A stretch of DNA of 64,000 nt from an uncultured Anaerolineales bacterium (GTDB lineage Bacteria > Chloroflexota > Anaerolineae > Anaerolineales > UBA6663), in NCBI GenBank assembly GCA_937952305.1, contig CALFZO010000006.1, positions 136,558 through 200,557 of the forward strand, written 5' to 3'. Of the stretch, positions 53,632 through 61,336 are shown piece by piece. The notes beneath the pieces were generated by a model. The model was given only the letters and a program-made list of their open reading frames with translations. It was not told the origin of the DNA and did no database searches. Within the stretch, counting starts at the first letter, position 1. Every line of letters starts with the position of its first letter. The position numbers were made by a program, and so were the translations under genes.

Positions 53632-55701
53632 TCACGGCCGCCGGTTGGGCGCACCCACCTCGGCCGCCAATTGGCTGGCGGCTGTGGCGAAGCCGCGCCC
53701 GTCGTCGCCGGACAGCGCCAGCCAGCGCAGCCGGCGCGGGTCGACGCCGCGTTCGGCCAGCTGGGCCTGCAACGCCTGGACGCGCTCGTGGGCGAAGCGG
53801 TTGCCCTGGCCGTGATGACATTCGCCGGCCGGGCAGGCCGCCACCAGCACGCCGGCGGCGCCGTTGAGGAACGCCCAGAGCACGTGGTCGCCGCTGAGGC
53901 GGGCCGAACAGCCCAGGCGGATCAGGCGGGTGCTGGCCGGGTACGGCCAGCCGCGCGCCCCGGCAATACCGGCGGCGGCGTCGCCGCTCCACTCGCAGCC
54001 GAAGACCACGACGCGCGGCGCTCCCTCGGCCGTCGCCAGGGCGGCCTCAATCTGCGCGAAGAGCGCGGCGTCCTCGGCGCCGGGCAGCGTCAGCGCGCGC
54101 ACCGGGCAGGCGGCCACGCAGCTGCCGCAGCCCGTGCAGCGGCGCCCGTCCACGCGCACGAGTGAGAGCGGCCCCGGCTGGGCGCTCAGGCTGAGCGCGG
54201 CCTGCGGGCAGGCCTGAACGCATTGCGCGCAGCCCGTGCATAGCGCCTCGTCCAAGGCGGGGATGGGCGCGTCCAATTGCAGGCGGCCCTGGCCGAGGTA
54301 GCGCAGGACGCGCGCGCCGGTGAGATAAGCCTGGAACTCGACTTCGGACACGCTGGCCGGCTGATGCAGGCCGCCCAGCACGAACAGGCCGTCGTCGGCG
54401 TAGCGGCCGGGGCGCAGGCGGAAGCGCCGCTCGATGAGAAAGCCGTCGGCGTCCCGCGGCAGGCCCAGCACGGCGGCCAGCCGGTCCGCGCCCGCCGCCG
54501 GCACCCACGGCAGCGCCAGCACCAATCGGTCGAAGGGCAGCTCGATCAGGTCGCGCGTGGCCGGCAGCGGCACGCTCACCGTCCGCGCGTCGATCACGGG
54601 CGGATGCGCCGGGTCGTAACGCACGAAGGCGACTCCGGCCGCCTGGGCGGCGGCCAGGTCTTGCCAGCCGGCCTCGGCGTCCTCGCCAAGCACCAGGTCC
54701 CGGAACAGCAGCGTCACCTCCGTCGCCGGGTTGAGCTCTTTCACGCGCGCGGCCTGGCGCAGACCGGCGCGGCAGCACACGCGTGAGCAGCGGCCGCCTG
54801 GCCCACGCTCGGCGCACAACTGGATGACGACGTGCTGAAACGGGCAGCCGCCCGCCTCGGCCAGGGCCGCCAGCTCCATCTCAAATTCGGCCTGGGTCCG
54901 GACGCGGGCGCGGGGATACCAGCGGGTGGCGCCCAGCGGCTGCGGCGCGGCGCCCAGCGCGGCCACGATCGCGCCGGCCGGCGTCACCGCCTGGACACCG
55001 GCCTGCTCCCAGGTCACCTGGTATTCGCCGGGCGCGCCGGCGACGGCGATGACCTGGGCGTTGAGCCGGGTCGTGATGAGCGGATGGGCGCGAACGGCCG
55101 CGATGCGGGCCGCGATCTGGTCCTGATCGGCGGCCTCGAAGCTGGGCGAGAGCCCTCCCAGGGCGCCGTCCGGGTCGATCACGGTGACGGGCGTCCCGCC
55201 CTCGGCCAGCGTCAGCGCCACGGTGAGGGCGCCCAGCCCGCCGCCGATGACGACGGCCGCCTTCGTCAGCGGATACGTGCGCGGCGCCGCCGGCGTCAGG
55301 GCCGCCAGACGCGCCGCGCCCATGGCGATCAGGTCGACGGCCTTGGCCTGCGCGGCCTCCGGCTCAGCGGCATGCACGCACGCGCATTGTTCGCGCACGT
55401 CCGCGATGGCGACGGCGTCGGCCGGCAAACCAGCCGCCTGGACCGTGGCGCGGAAGAGCGGCTCCACCAGGCGCGGCGCACAGGCGGCCACCAGCACGCG
55501 GTCCAGGTGCTCGGCCTGGATGGCGGCCTGCAGACGCGCGCGGCCATCCGGCCCGCAGGCGCAGGTCTCGCACGTCACGTGGGCGACGCCAGGCAGATCA
55601 GCGGCGGCGCGCGCCAGCCTCTCCGGCTCCAGCGGCCTCGGCCGGCCGAGCGTGCCGCCGCAATCACAGACGACGATCCCCAGGCGCGGTGAGTCGCTCA
55701 T
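53632..55701 (-). CDS. HdrA-like FAD/FeS protein with C-terminally fused MvhD (methyl-viologen-reducing hydrogenase delta) domain
   Basis: The ATG at 55701 overlaps the upstream stop (ATGA). 689 aa. The HdrA N-domain pattern reads GIVVCDCGG...VLVAACAPRLVEPLF...IADVREQCACVH. FAD fold AAVVIGGGLGALTVALTLAEGG, CSRVCC and the ferredoxin pair CTGCAQCVQACP / CTGCGSCVAACP follow. The MvhD pattern is VVVFGCEWSGD...RLGCSARL...VLVAACPAGECHHGQGN. Confidence 0.8.
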   Translation of the reverse strand: MSDSPRLGIVVCDCGGTLGRPRPLEPERLARAAADLPGVAHVTCETCACGPDGRARLQAAIQAEHLDRVLVAACAPRLVEPLFRATVQAAGLPADAVAIADVREQCACVHAAEPEAAQAKAVDLIAMGAARLAALTPAAPRTYPLTKAAVVIGGGLGALTVALTLAEGGTPVTVIDPDGALGGLSPSFEAADQDQIAARIAAVRAHPLITTRLNAQVIAVAGAPGEYQVTWEQAGVQAVTPAGAIVAALGAAPQPLGATRWYPRARVRTQAEFEMELAALAEAGGCPFQHVVIQLCAERGPGGRCSRVCCRAGLRQAARVKELNPATEVTLLFRDLVLGEDAEAGWQDLAAAQAAGVAFVRYDPAHPPVIDARTVSVPLPATRDLIELPFDRLVLALPWVPAAGADRLAAVLGLPRDADGFLIERRFRLRPGRYADDGLFVLGGLHQPASVSEVEFQAYLTGARVLRYLGQGRLQLDAPIPALDEALCTGCAQCVQACPQAALSLSAQPGPLSLVRVDGRRCTGCGSCVAACPVRALTLPGAEDAALFAQIEAALATAEGAPRVVVFGCEWSGDAAAGIAGARGWPYPASTRLIRLGCSARLSGDHVLWAFLNGAAGVLVAACPAGECHHGQGNRFAHERVQALQAQLAERGVDPRRLRWLALSGDDGRGFATAASQLAAEVGAPNRRP

Positions 55702-56435
55702 CGGGCCTTCTCTTTCTGCGCGGCCGAGGCCGCCGCCGGAGCCAACACCGCCGGCACATCCGCCATGCCGCGCGGCGTCAGGTCCTGGTCGCCGCAGGCC
55801 TGGCAATACTGGCGCGCCTCGTCGGCGCCGGTGTGGAGGCTGCGGAAGCCGGCGACATCGGCCAGGGTCAGGTGGCCGGTAGGGCAGATCAGCACGCACG
55901 TGCCGCAGCCGATACAGGCCGAGGCCGCCGGCTCATCGAAGGGCGGGCTGACCCGTTTGGCCAGGCCGCGCCGGGTGAGGCTGATGGCGCCGACGCCCAC
56001 GATCTCGCGGCAGGCGCGCACGCACAGGCCGCACACCACGCAGGTGTCGGCCTCCGGGCGCCGGTAGCGCGGCGCCTCCACGCCCAAGCTGCGCGCCAGC
56101 GCCTGGATCTCGGGCGAGGTGTATGCACCGGCGAGCAGGAGTTCGGCCGTGATCCGGCGGCTGCGCTGCACCAGGTCTGAGTGCGTGCACACCACCAACC
56201 CCGGCTCACACGGATACGCGCAGGCGGCGGCCAGGCGCGCCGGGCGCGGGCGCCGATCGCCCGGCGGCGGCGGCGCGCTCACCTCCACCACGCACAGCCG
56301 GCAGGCGCCGTAGGGCTTCAACGCCGGATGGTGGCACAGGGTCGGCACGGCGATGCCATGCTCACGGCACGCTTCCAGGAGCGTGCGCCCCTCGGCCACC
56401 TCCACGCTGCGGTCGTCGATCGTCAACTGGATCAT
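55698..56435 (-). CDS. NuoG/HydA N-terminal-like ferredoxin: [2Fe-2S] plus 2x[4Fe-4S], no catalytic domain
   Basis: 245 aa. Fer2_4-like MIQLTIDDRSVEVAEGRTLLEACREHGIAVPTLCHHP...GACRLCVVEV is followed by CVVCGLCVRAC and CIGCGTCVLICP. Confidence 0.8.
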   Translation of the reverse strand: MIQLTIDDRSVEVAEGRTLLEACREHGIAVPTLCHHPALKPYGACRLCVVEVSAPPPPGDRRPRPARLAAACAYPCEPGLVVCTHSDLVQRSRRITAELLLAGAYTSPEIQALARSLGVEAPRYRRPEADTCVVCGLCVRACREIVGVGAISLTRRGLAKRVSPPFDEPAASACIGCGTCVLICPTGHLTLADVAGFRSLHTGADEARQYCQACGDQDLTPRGMADVPAVLAPAAASAAQKEKAR

Positions 56436-56444
56436 GGCGGGGCC

Positions 56445-58346
56445 TCAATTGACCGTGACCGCGTCGAACTTGCACACGCTCTGGCACAGGCCGCAGCGCG
56501 TGCAGACCGCCGGGTCGATGGTGTGGATCTGCTGCTTAGCGCCGTGGATGGCGCCGGCCGGGCAGTTGCGCAGGCAGACCTGACAACCCGAGCACCGCTC
56601 CGGCTGGATGGCGTACGTGATCAGGCCTTTGCAGACCTTGGCCGGGCAGCGCTTGTGCAAGATGTGCGCGTCATACTCGGCGCGGAAGTAACGCAGGGTC
56701 GAGAGGACCGGATTAGGCGCGGTCTGGCCCAGGCCGCACAGCGACGAGCGCTTGATCATCTCGCCCAGCTCCAGCAGGTAATCCACGTCGCCGGGCTGCC
56801 CGTGGCCGGCGCAGATGCGCTCCAGCGTCGCCAGCATGGCCTGTGTGCCCACGCGGCAGGGCACGCACTTGCCGCACGACTCCTCCTGCGTGAACTGCAT
56901 GAAGTAGCGGGCGAAGTCCACCATGCAGGTGTCCTCGTCCGCCACCACCAGGCCGCCCGAGCCGACGATGGCGCCGAGCGCGGTCAGCGATTCATAGTCG
57001 ATGGACGTGTCCAGGTGCTCGGCCGGGATACAGCCGCCGGACGGCCCGCCGATCTGGGCGGCCTTGAAGGCCTTGCCGCCGGGGATGCCGCCGCCGATGT
57101 CGAAGATCAGGCGGCGCAGCGAGATGCCCAGCGGCACCTCCACCAGGCCGGTGTTGTTGATCTTGCCGACCACCGAGAAGATCAGCGTGCCCTTGCTGGT
57201 GGGCGTGCCCAACTGCGCGTACCAGTCCGCGCCGTTGGCCAGGATGAGCGGCACCGCCGCCCAACTCTTGACATTGTTGATGTTGGTCGGTTTGCCCCAC
57301 AGGCCGGCCTCGGCCGGATAAGGCGGGCGCGGGCGCGGCTCGCCCACGCGGCCTTCGATGGACGCCATCAGCGCGGTCTCCTCGCCGCAGACAAAAGCGC
57401 CGCTGCCCAGCCGCACGCTGACCCGAAAATCGAAGCCGGAGCCCAGGATGTTCTCGCCCAACAGGCCGCGCGCCTCGGCCTGGGCGATGGCGGCGCGCAG
57501 GTGCTTGACGGCCAGCGGGTATTCGTTGCGGATGTAGACGAAGCCGCGCCGCGCCCCGATGGCGTACGCGCCGATCAGCATCCCCTCCAGCACGCGGTGG
57601 GGGTTGCCCTCCATGATCGAGCGGTCCATGTAGGCGCCCGGGTCGCCCTCGTCCGCGTTGCAGATCACGTACTTCACGTCGCCGGGCTGACGCCGGCACA
57701 GGTCCCACTTCTGCCCGGTGGGGAAGCCGGCGCCGCCGCGCCCGCGCAGCCCGGAGGCCTTGACTTCGGCGATGACGGCCGCGGGCGTCAGGGCCAGCGC
57801 CTTGGCCAGCGCGGCGTAGCCGCCGGCGGCCACGTAGTCGGCCAGGCTGAGCGGATCGAGCGTGCCGTTCAGGTCCAGCACCAGGCGGTGCTGATGTTTA
57901 TAGAACGGGACCTCGGTCTCATACGGCAGCCGGGCGCCGGACTGCGGCTCGGTGTACAGCAGGCGGTCGAGCACGCGGCCGCCGTCCACAGTGGCCGCCG
58001 CGATCTCGGCGGCATCCTCCGGCTTGACGCGCGTGTACATCAAGCGCTGCGGATGGAGCACCACCAGCGGCCCGCGCTCACAGAACCCGTGGCAGCCGGT
58101 GACGCGCACCGGGCGCCCGTCGCCGCGCGCCGCCAGCTCACGCTGCAGCGCCTGGCAGACGCGCTCGCTGCCGTAGACGCGGCAGCCGGTGCCGCCGCAG
58201 ACCGTGATGGCCGGCTGGTTGGGCTGATCCGCGGCGGTCAGGGCCGCACGCCAATCCGCCAGATCGGCAAGCTGGTGCAGCTGTGGATCGCGGCCATTGG
58301 CCGGCGCTGGCGCGGCTTCCAGCGGGGAGGGCGGGGTCTTAAGCAT
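56445..58346 (-). CDS. NuoF/HydB-like NADH-binding FMN FeS flavoprotein with extra N-terminal thioredoxin-like [2Fe-2S] and C-terminal 2x[4Fe-4S] domains
   Basis: 633 aa with GLRGRGGAGFPTGQKW, NADEGDPGAYMDR and ESCGKCVPCRVG. The N-terminus carries VCGGTGC...CHGFCERGP. The C-terminus carries CSGCQVCLRNCP and CTRCGLCQSVC. Confidence 0.9.
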   Translation of the reverse strand: MLKTPPSPLEAAPAPANGRDPQLHQLADLADWRAALTAADQPNQPAITVCGGTGCRVYGSERVCQALQRELAARGDGRPVRVTGCHGFCERGPLVVLHPQRLMYTRVKPEDAAEIAAATVDGGRVLDRLLYTEPQSGARLPYETEVPFYKHQHRLVLDLNGTLDPLSLADYVAAGGYAALAKALALTPAAVIAEVKASGLRGRGGAGFPTGQKWDLCRRQPGDVKYVICNADEGDPGAYMDRSIMEGNPHRVLEGMLIGAYAIGARRGFVYIRNEYPLAVKHLRAAIAQAEARGLLGENILGSGFDFRVSVRLGSGAFVCGEETALMASIEGRVGEPRPRPPYPAEAGLWGKPTNINNVKSWAAVPLILANGADWYAQLGTPTSKGTLIFSVVGKINNTGLVEVPLGISLRRLIFDIGGGIPGGKAFKAAQIGGPSGGCIPAEHLDTSIDYESLTALGAIVGSGGLVVADEDTCMVDFARYFMQFTQEESCGKCVPCRVGTQAMLATLERICAGHGQPGDVDYLLELGEMIKRSSLCGLGQTAPNPVLSTLRYFRAEYDAHILHKRCPAKVCKGLITYAIQPERCSGCQVCLRNCPAGAIHGAKQQIHTIDPAVCTRCGLCQSVCKFDAVTVN

Positions 58347-58884
58347 GCTGCGCCTCCGCCGCCTGGCGCGTCAGGCGCTTCCAGAGCATTTCGGCCTTGG
58401 GCGCCGTCATCTGCCCGGAGTACTCGCCGTCGGCGACGACGATGGGGCCGAGCGCACAGGCGCCCAGGCAGTTGACGGTCTCGAGCGTGAACTCGCGGTC
58501 GCGCGTGGTGGCGCCGGGGCTGACCCCCAGCCGCGTCGCCAGCCGCTCCAGCACCCGCGGGCTGCCGCGCACGTGGCAGGCCGTGCCCATGCACACCTGC
58601 AGGCAGTGCCGGCCTTTTGGCTTGAGGCTGAAGGCGTTATAGAACGTGGCGACGGCGTAGACGTCGGCGAGCGGGAGGTGGAAGCGCTCGCCGGCCAGGA
58701 TCAGGGCCGCGCGCGGCAGGTAGCGGCAGCGCGCCTGAACCGCCTCCAGCGCGGCGATGACCGAGCCTTCGCCGCGCGCTTCCTGGTCGATGAGCTGGTA
58801 GAGGTCGCCGACCGGCAATAGCATAGCGGGCTGCTCCAGGGGCGACAGCGCCGCGCCGTCGACGCGTCCGGCCAGCCGGTTCAA
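58339..58884 (-). CDS. NuoE/HydC-like thioredoxin-fold [2Fe-2S] protein
   Basis: VATFYNAFSLKPKGRHCLQVCMGTACHVRG...VNCLGACALGP. The start is ambiguous (TTG 58884 or ATG 58824). The stop overlaps the NuoF-like start by 8 nt. Confidence 0.85.
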   Translation of the reverse strand: MNRLAGRVDGAALSPLEQPAMLLPVGDLYQLIDQEARGEGSVIAALEAVQARCRYLPRAALILAGERFHLPLADVYAVATFYNAFSLKPKGRHCLQVCMGTACHVRGSPRVLERLATRLGVSPGATTRDREFTLETVNCLGACALGPIVVADGEYSGQMTAPKAEMLWKRLTRQAAEAQHA

Positions 58885-59077
58885 ACGCCCGGCACGGCCG
58901 CTGCGGCCCGATGAGGATGGCGGATGGGTGTTGCGGCTCGAACGGTGAGGGCGCCCGGCCCGCCGGGGCCTCCGGCCTCAGAGTAATCGGAAGCGCGTGA
59001 GCGCTGCGCGAAGATGGGGCGGCGTTACGTGAGGACTGCGTGAAGAAGCGGGGGGTTGCCGGTCAGCGCGCTCCGGC

Positions 59078-59785
<708 letters not shown>

Positions 59786-59804
59786 ACGCCCTCCCGCCTG
59801 TGCC

Positions 59805-61175
59805 TCACGCCGCCGGGCGCGGCAGAGAAAAGTACAGCGTAGTGCCCTGCCCGGTCTTGCTCTCAACCCAGATCCGGCCGCCGTGCGCCTCGACGATGGC
59901 GCGCGCGATCGGCAGCCCCAGGCCCGCGCCCGGCACGTACGGGCTGCCCGACGACGCGGCGCGGAAGTATTTCTCAAACAGCGGGATCAGGTCCTCCGGC
60001 GCAATGCCGACACCCTGATCGGCCAGGCTGACCACCACGTCGCGCGGCCGCACCTCGCCGCGCACCAGGATCAGGCCGCCGTTGGGCGAGTACTTCACGG
60101 CGTTGTCGAGCAGGTTGCGCAGCACCTGGGTGATCCCGCGCGCGTCGCATTCCAGCACCGGGAAGCCGGGCGGAAAATCGGTCAGCAGGCGATGGCGCTG
60201 CGTCAGGCGCTGGGTCTCGTCCACCAACTGCCGCACCAGGGCGGGCAGGTCCAGCGGCCGGCGCTCGACACGGATCTGGTGGACCTCCAGCAGCACCGAG
60301 TCTAGGATCTCGCGGATCAGGCCCTGCATGTTGTCGCACTCGGCCTCGATCAGGCGCAGGAACTCGGCATGCTTGGCGGCGCTCCAGTCGACCTCTTTGA
60401 GCATGAGCGCGGTGGCGTACCCCTTGATCGCCGTCAGCGGCATGCGCAGCTCGTGGGAGAGGGTGGCCACCAGCTCCCGACGCAGACGCTCGGCTTCGCG
60501 CGCCACGCGCACGGCGTCGGCCTTGGCCGCCAGGCGGGCTTGGCCGATGGCCAGCGCGAGCAGGTCGGCCAGCGTCTGCACAAAGGGCACATCGGCGGGG
60601 CGGAAAGCCGTCGGCCGGGTCCAGGTCTCCAGCACCAACACGCCGAGCTTCTCGCCGTTCATGACGAGCGGCGCGGCCACAGCGCAGCGCGGCGGCGCGT
60701 CCGCGTCCGGGCCGAGGGCCAGGGCCCGCGCCATCGCCACGCGGTTGGCGCAGCGCATGTTGGCCACCGCGGCGGCGGCCTCGGCGGGCGTCGCCAGCAG
60801 GCGGGCCTGGCCGCTGTCGAAGACCTGGCCCGTGATCGATTCGCCCGCGCGCAGGCCCACCGTCTTGAGCAGCGTCAGGTCATAGCCGAAGGCCGCTGCC
60901 GCCCGGAACAGGCCGGCCTCGTGGTCCCACAGCATCACGGCGCCCGTCTCGGCCGGCTCCAGGACATCGACCACGGCGGCCATGACCGCCTGGAGCAGCT
61001 CCGGCAGTTCCAGCCGCGAGGTCAGGATCTTGGCGACCGCGGTCAGCGCCTGCAGTTCGCGCGTCAGGCGCGCCACCGGGAGGTCGTCGCTCAGCGCGCT
61101 CCCAGGCGTTACCGTCTGCATCGCCGGCGGAAATCTCATAATGTTGGCGAATTTCGGACGATATAGACGAAACAA
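59805..61175 (-). CDS. Cytoplasmic GAF-domain sensor histidine kinase
   Basis: No TM segment is present. The GAF-like region (LLQAVMAAVVDVL...GESITGQVF...GVLVLE) is followed by H-box LSHELRMPLTAIKGY and the HATPase N/G boxes (LRNLLDNAVKYSP, DQGVGI, GAGLGLPIA). The start is uncertain (TTG 61175, ATG 61139 or ATG 61121). Confidence 0.85.
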   Translation of the reverse strand: MFRLYRPKFANIMRFPPAMQTVTPGSALSDDLPVARLTRELQALTAVAKILTSRLELPELLQAVMAAVVDVLEPAETGAVMLWDHEAGLFRAAAAFGYDLTLLKTVGLRAGESITGQVFDSGQARLLATPAEAAAAVANMRCANRVAMARALALGPDADAPPRCAVAAPLVMNGEKLGVLVLETWTRPTAFRPADVPFVQTLADLLALAIGQARLAAKADAVRVAREAERLRRELVATLSHELRMPLTAIKGYATALMLKEVDWSAAKHAEFLRLIEAECDNMQGLIREILDSVLLEVHQIRVERRPLDLPALVRQLVDETQRLTQRHRLLTDFPPGFPVLECDARGITQVLRNLLDNAVKYSPNGGLILVRGEVRPRDVVVSLADQGVGIAPEDLIPLFEKYFRAASSGSPYVPGAGLGLPIARAIVEAHGGRIWVESKTGQGTTLYFSLPRPAA

Positions 61176-61324
61176 CCCTCGGCCGGAAGTCCGAGGGCTG
61201 CCAAGGCTGGATCAGAGCAATCGCCACTCCGACATAATCTTCTAGCGCCTTCTCAATCTAGCATAGTCGCCGGCCGCTGTCATGTGAGTTTTGTCCGGCC
61301 GTGTCGAGCGCCGGCTCCGTCGTG

Positions 61325-61330
61325 TAGAAT
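61325..61330 (+). promoter_or_regulatory. TAGAAT -10-like hexamer 6 nt upstream of the ATG of PPDK_N paralog B (leaderless-type arrangement)
   Basis: TAGAAT at 61325-61330 preceded by TG. ATG at 61337 with no SD. Confidence 0.45.
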
Positions 61331-61336
61331 CCGGCC

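Noticed and set aside
53576-53992. N-terminal extensions of listed ORFs (52409-53992, 53632-55899, 59078-59977, 6294-7688, 44406-46040, 42578-44011, 32938-34269, 20146-21180, 26411-27154)
   Set aside because: The extensions are Arg/Pro/Gly-rich, overlap the upstream gene, and precede an internal start codon that has a good SD and begins the conserved domain. I trimmed each to the internal start.
51590-58475. Long plus-strand ORFs across the redox cluster (51590-53563, 53566-54165, 54832-55692, 56181-58475)
   Set aside because: All are Ala/Arg/Gly/His-rich shadows. The minus-strand frames carry dense, correctly spaced Cys cluster motifs and flavin motifs.
52409-58884. Calling the cluster a hydrogenase (MvhD, FrhB and NuoEFG-like names all come from hydrogenase systems) or a heterodisulfide reductase
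   Set aside because: No [NiFe] large or small subunit, no [FeFe] H-cluster domain, no maturation genes and no HdrB/HdrC CCG-domain protein occur anywhere in the window. Only the electron-transfer modules are present.
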